The position numbers and the translations under genes are program-made. This document shows, piece by piece, positions 11,468 to 24,394 of a DNA stretch of 64,000 bases. Each line of letters begins with the position of its first letter. Position 1 is the first letter of the stretch. The notes beneath the pieces are model-generated. The model did no database searches, had not been told where the DNA came from, and was given only the letters and a program-made list of their open reading frames with translations. The DNA comes from Massalongia carnosa (Eukaryota), in assembly GCA_965645245.1 (NCBI GenBank), contig OZ287077.1, positions 620,001 through 684,000 on the forward strand, in the 5' to 3' direction.

Positions 11468-12010
11468 TATACGTAACTGCCTATCGTCGGGGCCCTATAT
11501 ACGTAACTGCCTATCGTCGAGGCTGGATCCGCTAGCGGTTACGGTACGGTGCAGTCTTGTCCGGTTACGGATGATAGGAGTGGATAAGTGCTTGGGGGGG
11601 GGGGATATCTTGCCATAGCGTTTTTGGAAGAGGAAGAGGAAGTCGCTGTGGGGGGAGGTAGTTTGTGAAGGAAGCGCTTGCGTTTTGTGTAGATCAAAGG
11701 CCATGTCATGTACCACAGCGGGAAAATTGGAAGGAGTAAATAGGTGATGGTTTGTGGAGATGCGGAGGCAGGGGCGGCTAGGTATGGGGATGGAAAGAAT
11801 GGGAATATGGAGGAAGGGATTGAAATTTTTGGAAAGCGTATTGGGTTGCGAGGAGAATCGAAGGCATTTGTTCCGGAATGTTGGCTGGAGGGTAAGCAAA
11901 GGGTTGGAAGATGGCTGGAAGGAAACGTAGTAGACTTTTGGCATTGGGTCATTAGAATCGTTACGTCCCAGCAACTATATATCGTCAAGTTGCAACATGA
12001 TTCAATAAGA

Positions 12011-13254
12011 TCACTTCAGGTCCGCCCATGGCTGCGCGTTTTCGACGAATTCTTTCCATGTCGTTGGTTTCTCATCTAAGATCTGCATCACGCACCATCA
12101 GCAAAAGAAATCATCCTCGCGGCAAAATGAACGATAGTGGAACTGAGGAACGGGATGAAATGAAGTGAAAAAGAAACAAGGCAAAGACCTACCGCATGGC
12201 TATCCTTTAGATCGGCTTTTCCATAATACCCGTAATCGGTCATAAACGCCATGTTCTCGTACAATTCTTGCTTCCCCTTTTCCGGCACCCCATCCAAAGA
12301 GGCCTTATATTCCTCTTGCGATAACTGCACGAACCGGCTTCCCTTCCCCCCCTCCTTCTTGACCTCCCGAAAAGTATCAACAATCTCCTTGCACGTGTAG
12401 TAGGCTGTGGCAGCCAGAATACGCTTCCCAAGCGTCTGTTCCCGATGCATAAGGATCGCCTTGACGAACTTACCAGTATCGTTGGCGGAGTCGAAGAGCG
12501 GAATGGGCGTATGATCTGGGACTGGGAGCGCGAAGACGTATTCGTGCTCCGCGGAGTCAGGGTTGGGGTGCATCATGCCGCCGGAGATGTTGGACATGTA
12601 GAAGCCCGGCATAAAAAATGTTGCAGGGATGGAGAGGGTGCGAATGTACCTTTCGACTTCGGATTTAGAGTCAAAGTGCTCGACGCCGGGGTATTTGCCG
12701 TTTGTGACTATTATGAGATGGTGAGTTGAGAAAGGATTTTGAAGGCCGCGGAAGTTAAAGAGAGGGGCTGGGAGACAGCCTACGTTCGGTGACATTATAC
12801 AAACTGCTCCAGATTAAATGCTGCACGCCGGAAGCCTTGAGATGGAATTAGCAAATAGTTAGGAGGTGCCTCGTACTAAGTAATACCCGCGACACGTCGG
12901 CTATCAATCTACCTTGTCTCTTCTCTAACTCGGCATCCATCTTCTCCCAGTAATTGGTCACTGCAAACACTGCATACGCTCCGTCGAGAGCTTTCTCTAA
13001 TGATTCCTTAGAGTTGATATCACCCTGCGTCCAAGTTAACTCGGAGACGGCCTGTCAAGGCAGTAATGACCCACGACGATGCATTCCACGCCTTGCTTGA
13101 TCAAAGCTTGGGCATTGGGCTTTGAGGGATCTCGGCTGATGGCTCTGATCTTGAAGTTCTTGGCAGTACGAGGATCGCCCAGAATCGACTTGATCACCGA
13201 CCCGCCTTGCACGCCGGTTCCACCAAAGACAACGAGGATCTTAGCAGAGGACAT
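12011..13254 (-). CDS. NmrA-like NAD(P)-binding protein, multi-exon
   Basis: VVFGGTGVQGGSV Rossmann motif, HFDSKSEVERY, FMPGFYMSN, DTGKFV; last exon ILDEKPTTWKEFV..LK* ends at 12011. Confidence 0.88.
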
Positions 13255-14078
13255 GGTTACTAATTAAGAGGTATAAAACCCAACGGGTATTGACAAGAGA
13301 TTATGAACAATGAACAATCATGAGCCTATTGTGGAAAATCTTCGTTCTTTCTCTCGTATAATATACGCATATGCAAGAGGGAGGGTTCCGTATCGCAGGG
13401 AAGAAATGGAGCGAGGGTGATGTCGCTTTGTCGTTACTTAGGGCTCCCGATCAGTCGGTAAGTCGGTCATTCGGTCGTTCGGTCGTTCGGTTGTTGCCGT
13501 TCACCGTTCTTGCATGCTGACTCATTCATCTAGCGATAAGGAAAATAAAGTGAGCAAAGCAAATCATATGACAATATTGAGGGAGATATCGTTATACCTA
13601 TCTTCGGTTGCTCTGTGCTCTGTAACTATTCCAGATCCGTAGGTCTAGGGGAAATCCGCTCTCTTGACTCATGTACACTTCTAAATTGAAGCTTTTGCTA
13701 TTGCGCTTTCAGAGCCGTGGACGAAGGGAGTGATGTAAGGCTCCTAGATGGCTTAGCAGCGGAGATGTGGCCTTTCATGAAAGGTGGCGTATCCCTAAAA
13801 GAACAAGTTCTTGTGGCGGGGCCACACGTGCCATAGAGTATATGATCAGGTGACAGAGCAGCCCTATGCGGCTGAGGGTGCAGATAACGTGACAGAGTAC
13901 TACGTACCTTGCGCCTAACTCCTTTTAGCTACACGCAATCGGTTTATATCATCAGTCTTTCGTAGACGTTTCCAGAACGACAACATGAATTTTTATCCAT
14001 CAACCCCAATATGCAAATCCTTCAAGCCAACCTTTATCAATTGATCCACCGGCTGAAATTCTTTCGAAATCATTCGCC

Positions 14079-16457
14079 ATGACAACAATCTCAAGCCTAC
14101 CAGCTCTGGTCTGGTCGTCCCAGTTCTCAGTGCTTCCAGCAAGCAGTACATCTTGGTTGAAGGGGGATAAGATTACCCTGCCTTCTTCCGCATTGGAACA
14201 ACTGCTTTCAGCAGCAACTGTCATAGTTTCGCAAACTAAAATACCACAGACCTCGGGTTTTGACCCCTACAACCCTTATAGCTTTGCGGCTGAACGTAAG
14301 GCTAGAGCAGAGGTACTGGAAAGGCAACAGCACCTTCCACATCCGCTTACATTCCGCCTTGTAAATCCGCAGAACGGACGGATTGTCTTCGCTGGAATTC
14401 GGGAGTTCTCGGCTGAAACCGACCAGGTCGGGTTAAGTTCATTTCTGAGACATGCGCTCGGAATTGACGGAGAAGATGGGGCGGTTGAGCAAAACGCTAC
14501 AGCAGAGGTTGGCGATGGGGTGGCATTGATCGCAGAATCTGTGACGAGGATAACGGTCCATGTTAAAGAGCTTCCAAAGGGAACCTATGCCAGACTCAGG
14601 CCTTTGGAAGCTGGATATGATCCTGAAGACTGGAAGGCGCTTCTTGAAAAACACCTAAGGGATAACTATACCACCTTGACAAATGGCGAGATTATATCGA
14701 TCCCAGCTGGGAAGCAAGAATTTCGTTTCGTAGTTGATGGGTTGAAGCCGAATGAGGAGGCGATATCGCTTGTGGACACAGATCTGGAGGTTGACATTGA
14801 AGCTCTGAACGAGGAGCAAGCTATTGAGACCCTCAAACACCGTCTTCAGAAATCGCAGCGCGCATCAGATATCATAGATGGCAGCTCGACAGGCGGTCTC
14901 GTTGAGCTTGGCAAGCCTGAACTGGGTCAAGTTAGACCTGGCGAATATGTGGATTACACCGTTGGAAACTGGAATCATAGAGACGGCGTTGAGATTGAAC
15001 TAGTGACCCAGAACGAGGAAGTTGATCTTGATCTTTTCGTGACTCCTTTTGGGCCAAGGCAGCGATCTAAACCTCGAGAAGATGAGTACATATTTGGTGA
15101 CCATTCGACGAGATCCGCGAAAAGAATACGAATTCAGCCGACTCACGCCGAACTTGAGAACTCGGAGGCGCTATGGATCTCCGTTCGCGGGTACAATTAT
15201 CCAGATGAGAAGCCTGACAATATCGCGCAAAAAGTTCCCATACAGTACCAATTGCAAATTACTTCCTTTGATCCGAACATTGCCAACGAAGATCCGGGGC
15301 TGGATGAGACTCCTCTATCGAGCCCTGAGGAAGATCGTTGTAAAAACTGCCATCAATGTGTCCCCCGAAGAACCATGATCCTCCACGAAAACTATTGCTT
15401 CCGCAACAACATTCTCTGTCCGACGTGCAAAAACGTATTTCAAAAATCATCCTCGGAGTGGAGAAACCATTGGCATTGCTCCCACGACGACGCTCATGGC
15501 AATACTCCATCCTCTCATGCTAAGCACATCTCCATCTCCCATACGCCCCTGTCCTGCCCAACTTGCGGCTATCAATGCCCCAACACCCCCGCCGTTGCCC
15601 ACCACCGCACAACCACCTGCCCCGGCAAACTCATCCTCTGCTCCTTTTGCCATCTTCAAGTTCCGCAGCAGGGACCAGACGACCCCTCCCCTTCGGACCC
15701 AGACGTTATCCTCTCTGGTCTCACCCCGCACGAACTTGCCGATGGCGCCCGCACTACTGAATGTCATCTCTGTGCCAAAATCGTTCGCCTCCGCGACATG
15801 CCGACCCACCTTATGCACCACGATCTGCAGCGTAAGTCTCGACCTACACCGCGCCTCTGCCGCAACATCAAGTGCGGCCGCACCCTCGATGGCCTAAGCA
15901 AAGCTATGGGAGATATGCAGCAACCGCCTCCCTTTCGTAACGAACTAGCCTTGTGCGACACATGTTTTGGCCCGCTGTATGTTTCATCGTATGACCCGGA
16001 AGGGAAGGGCCTTCGGCGCCGCGTTGAGCGTAAGTATCTCATGCAGTTACTAACGGGGTGCGGCCACTCATGGTGCCGAAACCAATTCTGTAAGTCCGGA
16101 CGTAGCCACGCGGGGCTTGATACGGGTGAATCGGTGTCGCCGCTTAATGCCAAGGATGCGACGGGATTGGTGAAGCCCCTGCTGGAGCGGTTGAGGGAGG
16201 CGGATGCGCCAGTGTATTTCTGCACGGACGAGAGTAGCCAACAGCGCAGAGGATTGGCGGAGATGCTGACCATGGAAAAGGGGAATAATGAGAGCGGGGC
16301 GGCTAGTAAGGGGAAAGGGAAAGATAGAGCGAATGAAGGAGACGGGTATACGCTTGAGTGGTGTGTTGCTGCGTTGGAGGCGGTGGCGGGAGATCTGGAT
16401 CGGGCCAGGAACTGGTTGAAGGATTGGGCTCCTACAAGGGCGGAAATGGCACGGTAG
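14079..16457 (+). CDS. UFD1-domain protein with Cys/His zinc-finger cluster and C-terminal UBA-like segment (792 aa)
   Basis: GDKITLPSSALEQL, HPLTFRL, GIREFSA, LPKGTYARLRP, LEKHLRDNYTTLT, SLVDTDLEVDI (UFD1 fold); repeated CxxC/HxxxC; YLMQLLTGCGHSWCRNQFC. Confidence 0.85.
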   Translation: MTTISSLPALVWSSQFSVLPASSTSWLKGDKITLPSSALEQLLSAATVIVSQTKIPQTSGFDPYNPYSFAAERKARAEVLERQQHLPHPLTFRLVNPQNGRIVFAGIREFSAETDQVGLSSFLRHALGIDGEDGAVEQNATAEVGDGVALIAESVTRITVHVKELPKGTYARLRPLEAGYDPEDWKALLEKHLRDNYTTLTNGEIISIPAGKQEFRFVVDGLKPNEEAISLVDTDLEVDIEALNEEQAIETLKHRLQKSQRASDIIDGSSTGGLVELGKPELGQVRPGEYVDYTVGNWNHRDGVEIELVTQNEEVDLDLFVTPFGPRQRSKPREDEYIFGDHSTRSAKRIRIQPTHAELENSEALWISVRGYNYPDEKPDNIAQKVPIQYQLQITSFDPNIANEDPGLDETPLSSPEEDRCKNCHQCVPRRTMILHENYCFRNNILCPTCKNVFQKSSSEWRNHWHCSHDDAHGNTPSSHAKHISISHTPLSCPTCGYQCPNTPAVAHHRTTTCPGKLILCSFCHLQVPQQGPDDPSPSDPDVILSGLTPHELADGARTTECHLCAKIVRLRDMPTHLMHHDLQRKSRPTPRLCRNIKCGRTLDGLSKAMGDMQQPPPFRNELALCDTCFGPLYVSSYDPEGKGLRRRVERKYLMQLLTGCGHSWCRNQFCKSGRSHAGLDTGESVSPLNAKDATGLVKPLLERLREADAPVYFCTDESSQQRRGLAEMLTMEKGNNESGAASKGKGKDRANEGDGYTLEWCVAALEAVAGDLDRARNWLKDWAPTRAEMAR

Positions 16458-16678
16458 ATGCCTGGGGGCCCGGGCCGCCTGGTACTGATCCTGAATACTA
16501 TTTTAGATTTTATAGACTCTGTTAACTCACATTGAATCACTATTTGCCTCTACGGTCAACGTGAGATAAACCTTGAGTGCCCATGGTTTTGACTATCCAC
16601 AAATCCTAAGTGTGACCTTCTTACTCCCCCGCGCTTACGACTTCAAAAACCAAGTTCCCACCAAACCCTCCGCACCCC

Positions 16679-17815
16679 TCAACTCAACGCCCGCTCACCC
16701 CCCCGCTTACTCGAAAAAATCACCATAATGCCGAACCCGACGTAAAACAGCCCCAACGGATACGCCACCAGCCCCCGCATGGAGCGCATCCTTCCCACGG
16801 CGCAAAACATGCCGCTGCTGCTATACGTACACCAGACGATAGCCGCGCAGCTTAACGCATACCCACCCGCAGAATCCATCGGCGCGACGATCCCGACGAG
16901 GCTGATGACGACGAGCGGAAGAAGGCAGTACCCCAACACGGAGGCGCTGCGGGGGTACGTAAGGGAACTGGCCAAACCGGACGATGACGAGGAGGAGGAT
17001 TGTTGGTGGGGATGGTGGCTGTGGGGGGAGTGGAGGTGGGAGTCTAGCGCGGAGGAGGGGTCGGGCGGGGGTGACATGAGGCTGAATATCGTGTGGAGCG
17101 ACAAGGAGCCGATGAGCGCCAGGCCGTAGATGTAGCCGAAGTGCACTTTGCCGCTGAAGAGGAGGAAGGTGCCGAACAGGAGGAAGAAGAGGATGGGCCC
17201 GGCCAGGTCCGAGTCGTCCATTATGTGCTGGTCGACGCGCGCGAGGGGGTTGAGGACGGTTAGGGTCTGTATTTTTTGGGGGGGTGTTAGGTTGGGGTTT
17301 TAGAGGGAGGGTTTAGGAGGAGGGCGGGAAGGGAATGGAAAGTTTCCTCGATGCTTGCAATTTCTATTTGCACGGGTTACCTCCCCCTAGGCGTTCTGGC
17401 AACAAAGGCCCTTTGCTCATGTTCGCGGTGCGCAAAGGAAAACCGCACGTACCTTGATCTTGATATGCCCGAAATTCACCCCCAGTTCCTCCAACAGCGG
17501 CGGCTCCCCCTCATAACCCTCCGTCCCGAAGGCTGCCAGCCAGCCCGTCCGCAGCCCGCCCTGCTCCCCCATCCTCCCGCTCACTCCCCCGACCCCTTGC
17601 CCGAAGGCGGGGCCACCGCGGGCGCCGAAGCCCGAGCCCGCGCCGCCGCTGGAGTAGGCGCCGGAGCTGGGATGCGAGGTCGAGCCGTAGTTGTTGCCAT
17701 ACTGAGCTTGGGCGGGGGTGGTGTGGCCGGATACGGGCTGCGGGTAGGTGGAAGGGTAGAATTGGAGGTTTGACGGGTTGTAGGGTTGTTGGGGGGGAGG
17801 GTAGAATTGGGCCAT
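16679..17815 (-). CDS. YIP1: Yip1/YIPF5 Golgi membrane protein, 2 exons
   Basis: EPPLLEELGVNFGHI, MDDSDLAGP, GKVHFGYIYG, SVLGYCLLPL, LVAYP; intron ~17451-17268. Confidence 0.95.
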
Positions 17816-20800
17816 GGGGGATATGATGGGGTGAATTTTGGTGGTCTTTGCAGACAGAAGTAGTGATTATGCCGTTGAGAAGAGAGTGAAGGAAAGAATG
17901 GTGGATTTTGGAGGCGCAAAGTTGGAGTTGTTTTTGCTCTATGGAGAGCTAAGGTTTGTTTCAATAAATATGATGTTCGGTGTTTACGGATAGGACTGGA
18001 TTCAACTATTTGTTGGTCGAGCTCCTCGTCATATAACTATAGCTGGCAGGCTCTCAAGTTAAGGGATTGAGCCATTCTTTGTCTCGTATTACATCTCGTG
18101 TCATCGTTTATTATTTGAACAATTTTTGTCAATTTCACTTTTGTTATGATTTTATTAAATATATATTCACGTTCTCCTAGTCAAGCTTCAGGTGCTTTTC
18201 TCTCTATGGTGAATATCCAAATCTACAACCATCTTAGACATATCGTACCCTAGATAATTATAACGAACATCCCCCTGGTTTTGCATCTTTCAAGGGCTCA
18301 ACCGTGAAGATAAAAGCGCTTTCTGCAATCTTTTCGTTTAAACTTATCTTACCGTGCATGGGTCCTCATACGAGTCTTAAAAAGAAGAAAAAGTCGTTCG
18401 GACTATATAACCTGAAGGTGACATAAATAAGCACAAGTGCGTGGCCTGTCATGTCCACATTTCCCTCTCGAAATGCACCTGCTACAACAAGTTCCCTTGA
18501 TTGAGCTTGAGTTGAATCTAGCCAACCTGATCGAAAACAACTCAGGAGGCAACCGCAGAAACTAGCGAAGGCTCAAGCGTGTTTGCACCGATCAAGCTGA
18601 ACGTAGACCAGCGTCAAAGCGTCGGAGAGAAGACAGCGGAATCGACTCTCCCTCAATCTAGAGCGCCTCCACAACCCAAGCGACCTCTCAAGACTCTAAT
18701 TCTAGCCAGCAGCTAAGACGATCCGTAGAACAAGGGAGACAGCTAAAGCGCAACCGCCATGATTCAATAGACGAATAACGGCTATCAAGCGGTCTAGACA
18801 CAACGAGCAGAATCATAGCTTCTCGCATCGCACGACGTCCGAGGTAGCAGATCCCACGTCGAACGAAAACTCTCTTTCCATCCAACCTGATAGGATACAA
18901 GTCTTCGATGCTTCTGCAGCAGCCAGTGGTACGAAAGTACACCCTATTCGTCACTTTGCTTCAAGAGTATCTAAGACAATGTTAAAGGTCAAAAAGAGGG
19001 CCGGGGTAGTACTAAATGGAAGAGCTCGGGTAGCAAAGTCGAAAAAACGGGTAACAAAACCATCGATTTTTTCATGTCGGGCTCTTCTCCGCTACGGAGA
19101 AGTACCCGGATGAAAAAGCCTCCTGACAGGGTTCTAACGAGTAACTTGACAATTCATGCTGCTCATTTTCCTTTTCTTGCAGTGACTATGTTTTCCTATC
19201 ATCCATAGCGATACTGCATTTTCCAAGCATCTCAATGCCATCTTTTCAATCTGTGCTAGAATTCCAACCCTGTGCACTGAATGAACTGAAGCGTAGGTCG
19301 AAAACGAACTTCTAACTAGTATGCTACGCTACACCCTCCGATAGATGATACTGATGGTGTCGAAAGCAAGCCATTTCAGAGATTATTCGCCCCTTAGGGA
19401 CCTCGAGCGACTTAGGAACAGGAGTTAAATCGGACGAGGTCTACCGTGGATGACAAGGGCGCTATTGCCGAAGATCGCGCAAGTGGGGCCTTTTGTGTGG
19501 TGGAGTGGTTGAAGGTTAAGGTAGGTAGATAGAGCTTTATAGTTAAATCTTGGGGGGGTTTCTTGCATCTTTATCTGCGCGGACTGTGGCTGGGAAAACG
19601 GGAATGGCAAAATTTCACTAGAGAACCGAAATGGCTTTACGCGGTGCGAAAGGGCCCGGGGCAATGCTTTCATCCCCGTGACCGGTCCAATCACCATTAT
19701 TGGAACGCCAAGTGGGACCTAGATGGCGGTGATGAATAGGCAGGCAGGTGGATTGTCATTCGGAGCTATGGACCAGAGGGAGGGGGGGTTGTCTGAGGAT
19801 GGCACGGTTGAAAGGTGGAGTTTTTTGGGGGTTATATTCCTTTCATCTACTACATTTTCATCCTCTTCCCTTCATTTTTTAAGTTCCATTTCATCATAAT
19901 AAGAGGATGAAGCTGAGGCTCGCGCCCCTTGATACGAGAAGAACAAGAAGAAGCTGATGAAAGCGAAGAGAACGAGGTAATGAAGGAGGTGAAGAAAGGT
20001 CATCTAAAGACTCCGATGGAAGTGAAAAAGGTTTCCCGAGACATGATTCGACGTCTCAATCTGTGAATCACAATTTTTGAACATCCAAACATGATGATCG
20101 AGAATTCCCAAAAACAAATCATATTGTTTGAATTTTCTTGCTTGTCTTTCTTGAGCTCTCGACCCTTCCTTAAAGAATCATAACAAATGGATATAGCGAT
20201 AGCAGGATTCTTCAAATATAAAATGTGCATCGCACATCCTCAAAGGCAGAACTCATCCATCCCATTTTATTTACTAAGGTTCGTCTCACTTTCTATATAT
20301 TTTTCTTATAGTACTTATCTTACCTTGACACTTAAGTCATCTAACCCATCATCTCCTTAATCCTATCTGATGCCACACTCTAAAAGCAATATTTTCCCAT
20401 TGAAGCGTCATTCCCTCATCATAACTTCAATTCGGTTTGGTTGGTCCTATATAAAGGTTTCGTTATCTCCCAGCGTCTCGTTCCTCTAAAGCCTACTGGG
20501 ATCAGGACGGCATACCGCCAAGCCTTGAAGGAAGTCTAGTAAAATTGGACATGCCTGCGCACCGGGACCATGTTGAAACACTCAAGAAATATAAGGTCGT
20601 CATCCAGAGCTTAAGTCATCTGAGCACGAAGGCAGAAAGGCAAAGATAAACGACCCCGAGGATTTTGTGCCTCCGTATGAGGCCAGAATGTATGAAGTCA
20701 CCCAAGCAGCGATTATTCAGGCAGAGGACCGACTAGCCCAAGTGGAGAAACTCTTCAGCAGACATATTGGGGCGTGTCCATGCCGCCTCAGAACTACGCA

Positions 20801-21616
20801 TAAGCCCATCATCCTTGTCGGTGAACTAGGCTTTGATTGAAATATAATGAACTATAATTCTGTACAATTATATAAGTCTCTAGCCTAGGTGAGTTTGCCT
20901 CCGGACATTATCGAGCTGCCGTGCCGATCTACTTTGTGAAGCTCCCAGCATCAGAGGATATTCCTTCTACCCTACTTCTCGGGTTATAGAGCCTACTGCT
21001 GGCTTTCCAGCCGCTGACTCGGCTTTGTTCACAAACGGTAGGTCTACTGGCTTCATGATGGGCAGATACATGGGGGAAGGCCCTCTCGGCTATTAAGAAA
21101 GAGAGAAAAGGAGCAATATGTGACCAGAGAGCATAGTGCGGAGGACGTTCTGGACGTTCATGAGCGTGGTCTAAACCTTTTCGGCCGTGGGGTCGACTCG
21201 GGATCAGCAGTCATGAATTACTTCGGTGGCTTTGTCGGGATATCTTGGGCAGGCAATGATTATACAGGGGTAGGATGTTTCACCGCTGCCGCAACCCTAC
21301 TATCAGCTCGTCACATCAGCCAGCAGAGTCGGGTTACTTCTAGGTCCTTGCTAAATGAGCTGGAGGGAGGGTTGTGGCTCTGGATGCCAGCCACCCAAAC
21401 CAACTACGCTACTCTGCTATGCCACAGTGTGGTTCACCAGCCATCCAAGGACCGCGAGGGTAGTAGTTAAAATAGCTCGTCATCTACCAAAGCCAAAAAA
21501 AAAACCACCCAACTATATCATCATCACTCGCTGCTTTCATATCCACCACCACCCAGCGAACCACTAAAAAACCTTAACACCCAAACCGTATCCGTACAAT
21601 AACTTACCAACTAACT

Positions 21617-21730
21617 AGCAGCAGCAGCAGCAGCAGCAGTAGCACAAAACAAGAGCACGGTTTTCGACCTTGGCGACGAACCAAAAAAAAACCCCCCTGA
21701 AATAGAGACCAGCCAGCCAGCCAGCCAGCC
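21617..21730. repeat. Short microsatellites (CAG)n and (CCAG)n
   Basis: Directly visible runs at ~21617-21637 and ~21708-21730. Confidence 0.7.
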
Positions 21731-22513
21731 AAAAAAAAACACGCATCAGGAAAACCAAAACCAACCAATGACGGCGGATAGAGCCGTGTGTTCGTTCGAC
21801 TTCCTAGCCATTGCGTAGAATGAGGGGATTTTTGGGGAGGGGAGAGGGGTTGCGGTTCTGGCCTTTGCTGTAGTATGTGGCAGCTACAATACATATCAAA
21901 ACGATGGGGAAAGAAAAGAATAATTTCTGTGCGCGGGCCGCGATAGATAGATAAAGCCCTTAGGGTTTAATATGGTCTGGTTATCTGTATAAAAACTAGC
22001 TTTTATGCTCGGTGGAAAGGGGGGGGGGGGAGAAAGGGGTGTTCGGTGGTAACATGCCATGCCTGTAGAGTGGTGATGTATATAGGGTGTTCATAGTAGG
22101 GAATTTTTATCTTGGCTTGGATTGTTCGAAATTGTCTAACAGGAAGGTTAGGTGTGTCCCGAAATCGAAATAGGGGCCTAAAAGGGCTATAGGTGCTGTC
22201 TCCAGGGTGTAAAGTGATGAGTTCGTGCGTGCATGATGATTTGACCTTGAGGGACTTCTAACATTGAAGCCCGGTTCTTTTGGTCTTATACATCTATTTT
22301 GATACAAAGTGTAGCGGCAAAGAAAGTAAGGAATTTACAATGAATATAAACACGGAAGAAAGTAATATTCCTAAGTCACCTGGCTCCATATCATACACTC
22401 CGTTTTCAGCCGTTTTGAATAATCGAGTGAGCCTCGTCGACTCCTCGAACCTATCTCGGCCTAGATACCACACCATAGGTAGCTATGCAGTTAATGGCGA
22501 CGGAAACTAGATG

Positions 22514-24394
22514 TTATAAGTTTGGTGCTGGACTGGTGAGATATGGCGAGCCGGAAGCTTGGCTAAACATGTCTTGCGCTATTTGCGTCTGATAGTATTG
22601 GGTCGTCGGGGGCCTGTGGTTGACAAAGGTAGGACTAAAACTGGGGGCCTGGCAAAATGTCTCTGATTGCAGCGAACAAAAATCTTGTGGCGAGAGCAAT
22701 GATTGGAGTTGAATATCTGATCGAGACGGAGGATGCCTCAACCCTGGCCGAGTCGTCAAAGGCTCGTGGAGCAAGCCGGTGTTCAACTTGAGCGGAAATG
22801 TGTGTGGATTCGGATTCCCTTCTGCAAAACTAGGCTCTGGAAAGCTATACCACTGCCCTTCTCGGGGGCTATTGAGGTGTAACTCTGGAGCGAATATATT
22901 TTGTACAGTTGAGAAATGGAAGTTTTCAGGGTAAGGATTGACGTCTGGCGCATCATAGCAGGGCTGACTCAATTGTGGAATAGTTAAGGGTATGTTGACT
23001 TCTGGTATCTGAGATGGCTTATGATCCCAAAAAAGTTCTGCTGATACTGAACTCGACCCAATCGGAGACGCTAAAGAGCTGGCTCTCCTTTTGGTACCTG
23101 CTCGCATTTGAGACGTTGGAGAGCGACTTTGAGATTGATAGATGGCCGGGAAGCTTCTAGAGCGGGAGAAGGGATTGAGAGATTGCAGACTTGAGCGGTG
23201 TGGCTTATCCGAACCAGAAATCTGGCTAGGATCTGCAGATATCGCCACCAACGATGTGGGTTCAGATCCCGAAGTGGGTCGCAACGGAACTTCGTGGTCG
23301 TAAAATGCTGAGCTGATGCTGCGCTGAGACGCTGTATGGCTGTTCTTGCCTTCGAGTTGCAAACCATAAGAATGAAGGTCGTCATCTTCTACGCTAACTG
23401 GAGAGCAGGCACTTAGCGGTGCACCGATGCGGCCTAAAGGTCTTACAAGCGTGGAGTGCAACGCTTGTGTTGTGTCAAAATCTTCAGGAAGCACCCGGGA
23501 TTTCGTAATTCGTTCTCGATCGTCGATTGTCAAACGTTTCAATTTCGCTCGTCTAATAATGCTTAGCAAAGCCTTCACATAGCGGTTTTCACAAATTACC
23601 TGTTTTGAAACCACACCTGTACCTGTCGAGAAGATAACCCAGGGATTTCTCTAGATAGCCTATCTCGCTGCGCTGCATCTGGATGAGCCTGTCGCGCAAA
23701 TTCGCTCTGGAGGAATCGGGTTTGGCTATGCGTCAACCTAAAGCCAATTATTGGTTTACTCAAGAATAGTTCATCCTTTGAACAAAGCCCACCTAAACCG
23801 CTTCATCTTCCGCCCTTCTGCATGTACCTCAGCGAGTGTCTTTGTATTCTCACCCTCGACGACATTTTCATCCAGGTCTGATGCAGTCATTGCGTACTCA
23901 TCATCATAGTCAAGCTCATTTTCCGCATCAGCAACCTTAATGTCTAGAACAAAGCGTGGAAAGGCTCTAGCTTGCGCAAGTTTCTCAAACTCTTTGTCGA
24001 AAGTCCTATCTGCTCCTTGCGTTGTAACTCGATTCTTGGGATCAAGGCCGCTTCGCTGCTGTGGAATGATAGCTAGAGTTTGAGCCGGGCTAGGGAGAGT
24101 TTGAGAATTTTCCATCGGACTTTTGGCTGGCTCATAAGCATGCAACTGACTTTGAGGTCGCACTAGCGACCTACCTTCCCTATCGACTGTTGGCGCATCG
24201 CTAATGCCGAGTCCAAATGGGACATGGCCAGCAGGCTCTTCAACGGATATAGGAAGCAGTCCGGTCCTTGGCCAGTCGGTGTAACAATCAAAGTTGCCAG
24301 ACGTTACAGGGTGTGCAGACATATACGGCGAATTGGGTGGAGATATGAGTGATCCGGGACATGGTCCAAACCGCAGCGCCCCTTTTACGTCCAT
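22514..24394 (-). CDS. Homeobox transcription factor, 3 exons
   Basis: Splicing introns 23792-23738 and ~23599-23552 gives KMKRFRLTHSQTRFLQSEFARQAHPDAAQRDRLSREIPGLSSRQVQVWFQNRRAKLKRL, a canonical homeodomain. Confidence 0.92.

Noticed and set aside
6431..16457. Secondary-metabolite cluster (LYS1 + NmrA-like)
   Set aside because: No backbone synthase or tailoring-gene set; neighbours are housekeeping genes.
15764..16540. 258-aa antisense ORF
   Set aside because: Mirror frame of the GC-rich UFD1-like CDS; no motifs.
18450..21100. Possible gene remnants
   Set aside because: Some coding-like stretches with stops, but no family I can support.
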